DNA of 32,395 nt from an uncultured Parabacteroides sp. (GCA_947074335.1 CAMTPG010000001.1:1-32395), one strand, 5' to 3'; shown: positions 8,797 through 18,524, counted from the stretch's first letter. The notes: generated by a model from the letters alone, not told the origin. A program made the numbers and translations.

Positions 8797-9690
8797 ATGA
8801 GTATTACTAACAGTCATATCATCCATGAAATGACACCCTTATCAGAGAAGGACTGTTTTTATGTGGTCGATCGCCATAAAACGGAATTTACCTATCCGAT
8901 ACATTGTCATGCCGAATTTGAATTAAATTTCATCGAACATGCAAATGGCGTAAAACGTACCGTGGGCGATTCGAGTGAGATTATTGGTGATTATGATCTG
9001 GTATTAATAACAGGCAAAGAACTCGAACATGTTTGGGAACAACACGAATGCACCTCTCCGCTGATTCGCGAAATCACGATTCAATTTTCATCGAACTTAT
9101 TGGGGCAAAGTGAGCTGATCGGTAAAAATCAGTTCGACAGCATCCGTAAAATGTTTGATCGCGCCCAATGTGGGATCAGCTTTCCGCTTTCAGCTATTCT
9201 GAAAGTCTATCATTTGCTCGATAAACAAACCCGGGAAGAGCAGGGATTTTATTCGGTAATCAATTTCCTGACACTTCTGCACGAATTATCATTAGTTGAA
9301 GATTATAAGACACTGGCCAGTTCCTCATTCGCCAAGATTAACACACAATCTGAAAGCAGAAGAATTCAGAAAGTGCAAAATCATATCAATGAGAACTATA
9401 AAAATAATATAAGACTGGAAAAATTATCAGAAATGGTAAATATGACTCCCACGGCCTTCAGCCGTTTCTTTAAACTACGCACCGGAAGAACACTTTCTGA
9501 TTACATCACCGATATCCGTATCGGTCATGCAAGCCGGATGCTTGTGGATACACAGCATTCGATCGCAGAAATTTGCTACGATTGCGGTTTTAACAATTTA
9601 TCAAACTTTAATCGAATTTTTAAGAAGAAAAAAGAATGTTCACCTAAAGAATTCAGAGACAACTATAAGAAAACCAGGATCATTGTGTGA
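8797..9690 (+). CDS. AraC-family transcriptional regulator (cupin sensor plus double HTH); probable PUL regulator
   Basis: N-terminal PIHCHAEFEL cupin motif; C-terminal FSRFFK...IAEICYDCGFNNLSNFNRIFKKKKECSPKEFR. Confidence 0.95.
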   Translation: MSITNSHIIHEMTPLSEKDCFYVVDRHKTEFTYPIHCHAEFELNFIEHANGVKRTVGDSSEIIGDYDLVLITGKELEHVWEQHECTSPLIREITIQFSSNLLGQSELIGKNQFDSIRKMFDRAQCGISFPLSAILKVYHLLDKQTREEQGFYSVINFLTLLHELSLVEDYKTLASSSFAKINTQSESRRIQKVQNHINENYKNNIRLEKLSEMVNMTPTAFSRFFKLRTGRTLSDYITDIRIGHASRMLVDTQHSIAEICYDCGFNNLSNFNRIFKKKKECSPKEFRDNYKKTRIIV

Positions 9691-9756
9691 TCCGTGTATG
9701 ATATATATAGCACTGACCCGAAGCGGAATTTTGCATTCATTTTATATAATTTTGTA

Positions 9757-9816
9757 AAGAGTATTATTTTTAGATAAAATAGTATTTGAATGCCTATTCC
9801 GTATCCTCTATTTTTG
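9757..9816 (+). promoter_or_regulatory. susC promoter with overlapping putative activator site
   Basis: -33 TTTG 9785-9788, -7 TATTTTTG 9809-9816; AGTATT direct repeat at 9760 and 9781 (21-bp period); motif shared with 25427-25458. Confidence 0.75.
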
Positions 9817-9964
9817 CAACATAAGAATTAAGTACTAACAATTTAAAAACACTGCCTATGGGGAAGGATCCCTTAACTCTAAGGTTTTAAAAGTTAACCC
9901 TTTAATACCAAATTAAAAGTAAATATAGATTTAAGTTTAGCCTTATAAGATTAATAGAATAAAA

Positions 9965-12900
9965 ATGAATTCAAGGATTATTAGAACAACGCTTTGTTTA
10001 GGCGCATGTATGATTTTCCCGCTTGGAGAACTACCCTTAGCAATGGCTGCACCAGGCACTACAATGGAAATAGTACAACAAACAAGAAAGATCACAGGTA
10101 CAGTTATCGACGAATTCGGCGATGCAGTTATCGGCGCCAATGTGATTGAAAAAGGAACAACAAACGGAGTAATGACCGACTTAGATGGCGGTTTTTCTCT
10201 CGAAGTACCGCAGGGATCCACAATCGAAGTTTCGTACATCGGTTACCTGACTCAGGAAATCCCTGTTACCAACCAGACAGCACCGCTGCGCATCGTCTTA
10301 AAAGAAGATTCCCAGAGTCTTGACGAAGTAGTAGTAGTGGGTTATGGTGTTCAGAAAAAGAAATTAGTAACCGGAGCAACTGTTCAGGTGAAAGGTGACA
10401 ACATCCAGAAACTCAATACCACAAACGTATTGGGAGCGCTTCAGAGCCAGACTCCGGGTGTAAACATCACAGCCGCTTCAGGACAACCCGGCGAAGGTTA
10501 TAAAATTAACATCCGTGGTGCCGGTACAAACGGCTCAACAACGCCGCTTTATATTATCGACGGTGTACCGGGTGATATTAATGCTTTAAGCCCTGCCGAT
10601 ATTGAGAGCGTAGACGTATTGAAAGATGCTGCTTCGGCTGCCATCTATGGTGCACGTGCTGCCAACGGTGTAATCATCGTGACCACAAAACAGGGTAAAG
10701 CCGGCAAAATCATGGTATCGTTCGACGGTTATATCGGCTGGCAGAATGTGGCTAAGATGCCTGAATTGCTTGATGCAAGACAGTACATGGGTATTATGGA
10801 TCAGTTGAACTTCAATACTGGTGCACAACCTTACAACTGGTTAAACTACATGTCGCAGGAGCAATACAACCGTTATATGAGCGGTGAAGATAAAGGAACA
10901 AACTGGCTGGATGAGATCAGAAATAAAAATGCACTCACTATGAACTATGCATTAAACCTGACAGGTGGTTCTGATTTCTCTAAATTCTCTACCGGTGTTT
11001 CTTATACCAAACAGGATGGTATCCTGGGTAAACCCTGTAACTCTGAATTCCAGCGTTTCACAATCCGTATGAACTCGGAGCATGTATTGTGGCGTAAAAA
11101 TGATCTGGATATCATTACATTCGGAGAAAACTTCTTCTATAATCACAATGAGAGATCTGGTATCTCTACAGGAAACCAGTATAGTAATAACCTCTCGAAC
11201 ATGTTGCGTGCCAATCCGTTGATTCCGGTATACAACGAAAACGGTGATTATTATATGTATGATGATCTGGTAAGAGATGGTTGGTTTAACTACAACTCAT
11301 ACACTTCGAACCCGATTGCCAGCATGGTAAATAAAGATCAGGGTAATAACAAATCGAAAAACTATGGCATGACCATGGTGGGCTGGTTGAAAATTCAGCC
11401 GATTAAAGGTTTGACATACCGCGGTCAGGTAGGTTACAAGCAGAATTCAAGCAGCTACAGAAGCTATAACTATGCTTATAAAATCAATGATTCGGGTGAT
11501 CAGAATACAACTGATAATGTACACCAGAATATGAGTATCGGCTGGAGCTGGTCTGTTGAAAATACAATCAATTACAATTTTGATGTGGCTGAGAAAAACC
11601 ACTTCGATGTATTGGTTGGTCAGACTTTCGAACGCAGCGGTTACGGCATGGGCGAAGAGATCGGTGTTACCGCATCAAACACGCTGTTTGGAAGCTGGGA
11701 TAAAGCTTACATCAGCAACAGCCTTGAATCGCAGCCTACTTCTGCTTACGGCAGACCCTGGGGTGACAACTCGCTGGCTTCTTTCTTTGGTCGTGTTACT
11801 TACGACTATAATGAAAAATACCTGGCCAGTGTGATTATGCGTGCCGACGGTTCTTCAAACTTTGCCCGCGGACATCGCTGGGGTTATTTCCCTTCGGTAG
11901 CAGCAGGTTGGGTAATGAGCAACGAATCGTTCATGGAAAGTACCCAGAGCTGGATGGACTTCCTGAAATTGCGTGCCAGCTGGGGTCGTAACGGTAACTG
12001 TAACATCAACAACTTCCAGTATAGCGCTACCGTAGGTTTCGATGCATTCGGTCAGTATTCGTTTGGCAACAACAAAGATGCAGCAACACAGGGTGGTTAT
12101 GCAAACATTTTGCCGAATAAAGATGTAACCTGGGAAACTTCTGAACAGTTAAACGTAGGTTTGGATGCACGCTTCATCAGCAACCGTTTGAATTTAATGT
12201 TCGACTGGTACAACAAGAAAACTAAAGACTTGTTGATCCAGGCTCCTATTCTTGACTCATACGGTACAAACGCACCTTTCATCAACGGTGGTGATGTAAC
12301 AAACAAAGGGGTTGAAATTGGTTTATCATGGATGGATCAGGTTGGCGAATTCAACTATGGTGCAAGTGTGAACCTGGCTCATAACAAGAATAAAGTAACT
12401 AAGATCAACAATAACGACGGTTATATCTTAGGTGCATCTAATGTGCTTTCTGAAAACACACGTCCCGTTTATCGTATGCAGGAAGGAATGCCGATCGGTT
12501 ATTTCTGGGGATACAAAACAGAAGGTGTAATGCAGAATGATGCCGATGTTCAGGATTATCTGAATAAAAACTGTAACGGCAATGCTTCAAACTCTTTGCA
12601 GGGTAATTCTATCCAGGCAGGTGATCTGAAATTTGTAGATACAAACGGCGACGGTATTATCGATGAAAACGATAAAGTAATGATTGGTAATCCGCATCCG
12701 AAAATGACAATGGGTATCTCGCTGAACTTTACTTATAAAGGTTTAGATTTTGCAGTAACAGGATTCGGTGCTTTCGGTCATCAGAATGTTCGTTCATACC
12801 GCAAATTCACTGACGGTCAGTATGAAAACTACACTACCGAAGTATATGACTACTGGCATGGCGAAGGAACATCTAACAGATTCCCGCGTTTGATCCCGGG

Positions 12901-13198
12901 TAACTCAGGTGTTAACTTCCAGCAGATCTCGGATATCTATGTTGAAAATGCAGACTATTTCCGTCTTCAGAACTTAACAGTAGGTTACAACATTCAGAAC
13001 ATCTGGAAAACATGTCCGCTGAACCAGTTACGTGTTTACTTCACAGCACAAAATTTATTCACTATTACCAAATATAAAGGTATGGACCCGGAAATCGGAT
13101 CTGACGGTGGAACCAGCGATCCTTGGGCATCAGGAATTGACTTAGGTTATTATCCTTCTCCGAGAACTTATATGTTTGGTGTTAATATTAAATTCTAA
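9965..13198 (+). CDS. susC: SusC/RagA TonB-dependent transporter
   Basis: N-terminal extension domain, LDEVVVVGYG, DIESVDVLKDAASAAIYGARAANGVIIVTTK plug motif, RADGSSNF, C-terminal YPSPRTYMFGVNIKF. Confidence 0.98.
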   Translation: MNSRIIRTTLCLGACMIFPLGELPLAMAAPGTTMEIVQQTRKITGTVIDEFGDAVIGANVIEKGTTNGVMTDLDGGFSLEVPQGSTIEVSYIGYLTQEIPVTNQTAPLRIVLKEDSQSLDEVVVVGYGVQKKKLVTGATVQVKGDNIQKLNTTNVLGALQSQTPGVNITAASGQPGEGYKINIRGAGTNGSTTPLYIIDGVPGDINALSPADIESVDVLKDAASAAIYGARAANGVIIVTTKQGKAGKIMVSFDGYIGWQNVAKMPELLDARQYMGIMDQLNFNTGAQPYNWLNYMSQEQYNRYMSGEDKGTNWLDEIRNKNALTMNYALNLTGGSDFSKFSTGVSYTKQDGILGKPCNSEFQRFTIRMNSEHVLWRKNDLDIITFGENFFYNHNERSGISTGNQYSNNLSNMLRANPLIPVYNENGDYYMYDDLVRDGWFNYNSYTSNPIASMVNKDQGNNKSKNYGMTMVGWLKIQPIKGLTYRGQVGYKQNSSSYRSYNYAYKINDSGDQNTTDNVHQNMSIGWSWSVENTINYNFDVAEKNHFDVLVGQTFERSGYGMGEEIGVTASNTLFGSWDKAYISNSLESQPTSAYGRPWGDNSLASFFGRVTYDYNEKYLASVIMRADGSSNFARGHRWGYFPSVAAGWVMSNESFMESTQSWMDFLKLRASWGRNGNCNINNFQYSATVGFDAFGQYSFGNNKDAATQGGYANILPNKDVTWETSEQLNVGLDARFISNRLNLMFDWYNKKTKDLLIQAPILDSYGTNAPFINGGDVTNKGVEIGLSWMDQVGEFNYGASVNLAHNKNKVTKINNNDGYILGASNVLSENTRPVYRMQEGMPIGYFWGYKTEGVMQNDADVQDYLNKNCNGNASNSLQGNSIQAGDLKFVDTNGDGIIDENDKVMIGNPHPKMTMGISLNFTYKGLDFAVTGFGAFGHQNVRSYRKFTDGQYENYTTEVYDYWHGEGTSNRFPRLIPGNSGVNFQQISDIYVENADYFRLQNLTVGYNIQNIWKTCPLNQLRVYFTAQNLFTITKYKGMDPEIGSDGGTSDPWASGIDLGYYPSPRTYMFGVNIKF

Positions 13199-13213
13199 TA
13201 ATAAACAGACATC

Positions 13214-14989
13214 ATGAAAAAGATAATATATGCAGCTTTAGGACTGGCTGCCATTTTCACCTCGTGTGAAAATGCACTCGATACAACAAATTATTTGGAA
13301 AAAACGACGGATACATATCCCGAGACATATGTAGATGCGCAGCAGATGGTTACTGCTATCTATCAGAACCTGAACCTGGTTTGTGCAAATCCGCAAATGT
13401 CGTTCTTCTATATTTCTATGCTGGCCAGTGATGACAACCTCGGTGGCGGCGGTGGAAATGATAAACTCATGCAGGCTTTAGACCTGCTGGGTAACTATCA
13501 GACAGATATGACCCGCGAATTCTGGAAAGCCCGCTATGAAGGTATCTTCCGCGCGAATAACCTGATTGCAACACTGGACAACTGCCAGAACTTCCCTTCA
13601 GTGGAAGCACGCAATCAAATCATGGGTGAAGCGCTCTTTTTGCGCGCATTCTTCTACTATGAATTGTGTTCACAGTATGGCAATGTACCTTTGCTGACAG
13701 CTACTGACCCGGTTGACTATCCGAATGCTTCGGCTGAAGAATTGTGGGGACAGATTCTGTTAGATCTGAAAACAGCTGCTGATCTTATGCCGAACTGGAG
13801 AGCCGGTTCAGCGATCCTGGAAACAGGACACGTAGACAAATATTGTGCACAGGCCATGTTAGGCAGAGCCTGGTTGTTCTACACAGGTATGTATGGTAAC
13901 GGTTCTGAATTATCGCAACTGGTAAGCGAAAGCTACAGTCCGCTTACTTCGGTAACTTTACCCGACGGTTCAACTCTGACAAAACAGGAAGTAATCGGTT
14001 ATATCGATGATTGTGTAAACAACTCAGGATATTCACTGGTTCCGGATTATCGTAACCTGTGGGCTTATACAAACCGTCTTACTGTTGATGATTATGAATA
14101 TACAGCAGGTCAGGGTCTGAAATGGGTTGAAAATGACAATGCAATCAATCCGGAAGCCATGTTTATGATTAAATTCAACAAACTGGCAGACTGGCAGACA
14201 ACAATTGGTTATGCTAACAGTTATGCACTGCACTTCGGTATGCGTGGTGGCCAGGCTTACGAAAACACATTCCCGTTTGGTCAGGGATGGGGTGCCGGTC
14301 CGGTAGCTCCGAACCTGGTAAACGACTGGACTGTGGCAGAACCTAATGATGCACGTCGTGAAGCTTCTGTATGTAATGTAAACGAACTGCCTGCTTATAC
14401 CAGAGGTGGTTGGGCCGATTTCGTTCAGGAAACAGATTATTATGGTAAAAAACTTTCTCCGATTTCTTGTAAAACTACAGAAACAGAGTCAGGCTATTAC
14501 AGTTGTTTCGAAAATGCAATGTATGGTACTTCTAACTGGATTCAGGGTTCTGACAATATGCAGCTGAACAACATTCACGACTTGGTACTGATTCGTTTCG
14601 CCGATGTATTGTTGATGCAGTCTGAGTTGAAAGAAGATGCAACAGGTATGAATCAGGTTCGTTCACGTGCCGGTTTGCCCGCAACCTCTTACTCACTCGA
14701 AAACATCCAGAGAGAACGTCGTTGGGAACTTGCTTTCGAAGGTGTACGCTGGAATGATATCCGTCGCTGGCACATCGCTGCAAAAGCACTCGAGAAACAA
14801 ACGAATGTAAATGTCTACTATTGCGGTGCTCCCGGTACAAACCAGTCACACATCGGCGGTTATGCAGCCCGTTACAACGCAACAGCAGGTTTCTTCAAAA
14901 TTCCTGAAAGTCAGATTTCTCTTTCTACTGCTCTGCAGCAAAACCCGGGTTGGGGTTCTGATGCCGAATACAACGGATGGGGAATGTAA
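13214..14989 (+). CDS. susD: SusD/RagB glycan-binding lipoprotein
   Basis: Lipobox FTSC; GEALFLRAFFY, IRFADVLLM, ERRWELAFEGVRWNDIRRW, QNPGW motifs. Confidence 0.97.
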   Translation: MKKIIYAALGLAAIFTSCENALDTTNYLEKTTDTYPETYVDAQQMVTAIYQNLNLVCANPQMSFFYISMLASDDNLGGGGGNDKLMQALDLLGNYQTDMTREFWKARYEGIFRANNLIATLDNCQNFPSVEARNQIMGEALFLRAFFYYELCSQYGNVPLLTATDPVDYPNASAEELWGQILLDLKTAADLMPNWRAGSAILETGHVDKYCAQAMLGRAWLFYTGMYGNGSELSQLVSESYSPLTSVTLPDGSTLTKQEVIGYIDDCVNNSGYSLVPDYRNLWAYTNRLTVDDYEYTAGQGLKWVENDNAINPEAMFMIKFNKLADWQTTIGYANSYALHFGMRGGQAYENTFPFGQGWGAGPVAPNLVNDWTVAEPNDARREASVCNVNELPAYTRGGWADFVQETDYYGKKLSPISCKTTETESGYYSCFENAMYGTSNWIQGSDNMQLNNIHDLVLIRFADVLLMQSELKEDATGMNQVRSRAGLPATSYSLENIQRERRWELAFEGVRWNDIRRWHIAAKALEKQTNVNVYYCGAPGTNQSHIGGYAARYNATAGFFKIPESQISLSTALQQNPGWGSDAEYNGWGM

Positions 14990-15015
14990 TAACCTTTTAA
15001 TTGGATTAAATAATC

Positions 15016-15846
15016 ATGAAAAAGAATATATATTTAGCATTAGCACTGGCTTCTGGTTTATTGATGTCTTGTACTAGCACAGATGACGGCCCAAAGCCTT
15101 CAACTGATTTAACAGCCGAAAAATTACAAAACATTGTTTCAGTAAACCAGACTGTAGCCAATCAGAATAAATTTACCTTTTCTACCAATCCTGCATTGAC
15201 AGTACAGATTCTGGATCAGGATGGCAGCATCTTAGCAACCGGTACAAGCGGCGAAATTATCGGAGTTCCTCCTTTAACACAGCTTACCGTGCGCGGCATG
15301 AATCAGGACGGTTCTATCGTTTCTTATTCGAACGACGTAACAATCACAGATTATGTGGATGTACCCGAAATTTATAAATATCTGTTTGGTGATTCTTATT
15401 CATCACAAACATGGACATGGGATACTGAAGCATCTGACGGTGTTTGGGGTAACGGCGGTTACTTAAGCAACAGCGGTCCGGGCTGGTGGGTTGTTCAGGC
15501 AGCCGACATCGACGAACAATGCGAAGGCAAAGGCTTACCGCATGACGGGTTGAACGGTTGGATGACTTTCACACTCGCCGGTAAAAAAGTAGATACCAGC
15601 CGCGGCGAATCAGGAAGTCTTTCATGGGATCAGTCTTCGATCGCAAAAGAGGGTTGGGATTTAGGTAAACTGATCTTCAGTGGTACTGTTCCTTTGATGG
15701 GTATTCAGGTAAATGAGGATAACAGACGCGAATACAACTATCACATTCTGTTGATGGATGGCGAACACCTCCGTTTATGTGCTCCCGAAACAGGTTCAGG
15801 CGAAGGCGGAACAGCCTGGTTCTACAACTTCAAAGTAAAGAATTAA
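15016..15846 (+). CDS. Putative surface glycan-binding lipoprotein (SusE-positioned)
   Basis: Lipobox LMSC followed by acidic TSTDD; directly after susD; Trp-rich C-terminal domain (WTWD, WGNGGY, PGWW, AWFY). Confidence 0.7.
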   Translation: MKKNIYLALALASGLLMSCTSTDDGPKPSTDLTAEKLQNIVSVNQTVANQNKFTFSTNPALTVQILDQDGSILATGTSGEIIGVPPLTQLTVRGMNQDGSIVSYSNDVTITDYVDVPEIYKYLFGDSYSSQTWTWDTEASDGVWGNGGYLSNSGPGWWVVQAADIDEQCEGKGLPHDGLNGWMTFTLAGKKVDTSRGESGSLSWDQSSIAKEGWDLGKLIFSGTVPLMGIQVNEDNRREYNYHILLMDGEHLRLCAPETGSGEGGTAWFYNFKVKN

Positions 15847-15905
15847 TGGTTTTTTAGATATCGGTTTATTACTTTGCATTCTTTGTTCATAAAGAACATT
15901 TTGTT

Positions 15906-15938
15906 AAAAAGGTGAACTTCTATAGTTCACCTTTTTTT
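15906..15938 (+). terminator. Intrinsic terminator after susC-susD-lipoprotein
   Basis: aaaaaggtgaact-tctat-agttcaccttttttt. Confidence 0.85.
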
Positions 15939-16021
15939 ACCCGATATAGTTATGTAATTGTAAAGCAGAAAAACGCTCCTTGCACGGAGTTTGAAATTAA
16001 ATTTAATAACAAACAGAAAAA

Positions 16022-18205
16022 ATGAAACGTTTCTATTTATCCCTTTTCATGTGTCTGGGCCTCAGCGGATCGCTGATGGCGCAAACCAATGAGGTGCTGA
16101 TCTCGACAGAAAACACTTCATTACTCCTCGATGCCCCGATGGGCGGCGTTCCGAAAATCATGTATTATGGTGCGCGTATCAACGAAAACGAAGCAAAACA
16201 AATTGAAGAAAACGGACTCTCGTACGGAAAAGAGGCCTATCCGGTTTTCGGCATCAACTGTGTTACCGAACCGGCACTGATGGTGAGTCATGCCGATGGC
16301 AACATGTCGCTCGACATGGAAATCACCGGCATCAAAGAAGAAAAAACAAACGATGCCACATTGTACACAATCACACTGAAAGATAAAGTTTATCCTTTTA
16401 CAGTCGATTTGGTTTACAAAGCTTACGACAACTCGGATGTAATCGAGCTCTGGAGCGAAATTGCGCATCAGGAAAAGAAATCGGTTACTCTGAAACAATA
16501 TGCATCGGGCTATATGCCGATTCGCCGCGGCGATGTGTGGATGTCGCACCTGCATGGCGACTGGGCAGCCGAAGGTGAAGTAACTACCGAACCGGTTACG
16601 CCGGGCATGAAAATCATCAAAAACAAAGATGGTGCCCGCAACTCGCATACCGATCATGCCGAAATTATGTTCTCGCTCGACGGTCGGCCGCAGGAAAACA
16701 GCGGTCAGGTAATCGGTGCCGCTCTGTGCTGGAACGGCAATTACAAATTGCGTGTGGATACGGATAATAACCGTTATCATCACTTCTTTGCCGGAATCAA
16801 CGAAGAGGCCTCGGATTATAAACTGGAGCCGAAAGAAATTTTTGTAACGCCCGAACTGGCCTTTACATACAGCCCGGAGGGTTTAAGCGGTGTAAGCAGG
16901 AATTTCCACAAATGGGCACGTAACAGCAAACTGTATGCCGGCACCAAACAACGCGACATCCTGCTGAACAGCTGGGAAGGCGTATATTTCGATATTAACG
17001 AAGCCGGCATGGATCAGATGATGGAAGATATCGCATCGATGGGTGGCGAACTGTTTGTGATGGATGACGGCTGGTTTGGCGATAAATATCCGCGTAAGAA
17101 TGACAGTTCGTCGTTAGGCGACTGGATGGTAGATACCGAAAAACTGCCTAACGGCGTGCCCGGTCTGGTAAAAACCGCACAGAAACACGGCATTAAATTT
17201 GGTATCTGGATCGAACCGGAGATGACAAATACCGTGAGCGAACTGTATGAGAAATATCCCGACTGGATTATCTCGCAAAGCAATCGCCCGCTGGCACCCG
17301 GACGCGGAGGTACCCAGCTAGTACTGGATGTATCGAATCCGAAAGTGCAGGATTTCATTTTCAAAGTAGTGGACGATCTGATGACAGAAAATCCGGAAAT
17401 CGATTATATCAAATGGGATGCCAACATGTACATTGCCAATTACGGTTCGCATTATCTCACTGCCGATAAACAATCGCATCTTTACGTGGATTATCATAAA
17501 GGATTGATGGATGTAATGAAACGCATCCGCCTGAAATATCCCGATCTGGTAATTCAGGCCTGCGCCAGTGGTGGCGGACGTGCAAACTACGGCATTCTTC
17601 CCTACTTCGACGAATTCTGGGTGAGCGATAATACCGATGCACTTCAACGTGTGTATATGCAATGGGGAACTTCTTATTTCTTCCCGGCAGTGGCCATGGG
17701 CTCGCATGTAAGTGCAACCAAAAATCACCAGACCGGACGCATCATGCCTCTCAAATTCAGATTCGACGTAGCCATGAGCGGTCGCCTCGGCATGGAAATC
17801 CAGCCCAAAGATATGACAGCGGATGAAAAAGAGTTTGCCCGCAAAGCCATTGCATCGTATAAAAACATCCGTCCCGTTGTACAGCAGGGCGATCTGTATC
17901 GCCTCATCTCGCCGTACGACAAAAAAGGTGTCGCTTCGTTGATGTATGTATCACCCGATAAAGATCAGGCCGTATTCTATGCCTACAAAATGGAGCACTT
18001 TGTAAATCAGGTAATCCCGCGTTTCCGCATGGCCGGTCTGAATCCCGACAAACAATATCGTTTAACCGAATTGAATGTGGAGGGAGAACCGATCGACCTG
18101 AATGGCAAAGTAATTTCGGGTGCCGTACTGATGAACGAAGGCATTGAACTGCCTCTGCGCACAGAATATGCCAGTCGTGTAATCGAACTGAACAGCATCG
18201 ATTGA
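16022..18205 (+). CDS. Alpha-galactosidase, GH36
   Basis: LNSWE, FVMDDGWFG, FGIWIEPE, YIKWDAN (nucleophile), CASGGGR, WVSDNTD (acid/base); signal peptide. Confidence 0.96.
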   Translation: MKRFYLSLFMCLGLSGSLMAQTNEVLISTENTSLLLDAPMGGVPKIMYYGARINENEAKQIEENGLSYGKEAYPVFGINCVTEPALMVSHADGNMSLDMEITGIKEEKTNDATLYTITLKDKVYPFTVDLVYKAYDNSDVIELWSEIAHQEKKSVTLKQYASGYMPIRRGDVWMSHLHGDWAAEGEVTTEPVTPGMKIIKNKDGARNSHTDHAEIMFSLDGRPQENSGQVIGAALCWNGNYKLRVDTDNNRYHHFFAGINEEASDYKLEPKEIFVTPELAFTYSPEGLSGVSRNFHKWARNSKLYAGTKQRDILLNSWEGVYFDINEAGMDQMMEDIASMGGELFVMDDGWFGDKYPRKNDSSSLGDWMVDTEKLPNGVPGLVKTAQKHGIKFGIWIEPEMTNTVSELYEKYPDWIISQSNRPLAPGRGGTQLVLDVSNPKVQDFIFKVVDDLMTENPEIDYIKWDANMYIANYGSHYLTADKQSHLYVDYHKGLMDVMKRIRLKYPDLVIQACASGGGRANYGILPYFDEFWVSDNTDALQRVYMQWGTSYFFPAVAMGSHVSATKNHQTGRIMPLKFRFDVAMSGRLGMEIQPKDMTADEKEFARKAIASYKNIRPVVQQGDLYRLISPYDKKGVASLMYVSPDKDQAVFYAYKMEHFVNQVIPRFRMAGLNPDKQYRLTELNVEGEPIDLNGKVISGAVLMNEGIELPLRTEYASRVIELNSID

Positions 18206-18241
18206 TATTTTATAGACAACCGGCTGCCCGACCGGCTGTAT

Positions 18242-18322
18242 GGGATTGTCGGACTGACATCAGTTGAACAAGGGGCCGACCGAAGTCGGCCTATGGATGA
18301 CTAAAGTCGGCCCGACAATTCT
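18242..18322. repeat. GC-rich REP-like nested inverted repeat
   Basis: Outer arms gggattgtcggactgacatcagtt (18242-18265) / gactaaagtcggcccgacaattct (18299-18322); inner hairpin ggccgac-cgaa-gtcggcc (18274-18291). Confidence 0.7.
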
Positions 18323-18524
18323 TTATCATCCGATCTTCAATTTTTTGAGACGGAGAATAAAATACAGATTCGGTTTTACAAAATCCGGCACCTCTTCACC
18401 GGAAAAAGCTTCGATTTCCGACTTCTTCTTATGTGGATAAGAAAACTCATTATACCGGATATGCTATATAACAATAACTTCGATAAAAACCAACCAGTTA
18501 AGCCACGAATCCGGACAAAATGAT

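Noticed and set aside
9900-9964. Antisense sRNA promoter upstream of susC, as known in some Bacteroides PULs
   Set aside because: The closest site (caaattaa near 9909) does not match CAAAnnTA
12638-12676. EF-hand-like DTNGDGIIDENDK in SusC
   Set aside because: Common feature of SusC-family proteins; not novel
16121-16783. 220-aa - strand ORF, and similar antisense ORFs such as 20900-21442 and 23143-23622
   Set aside because: Codon-bias shadows of well-supported + strand genes
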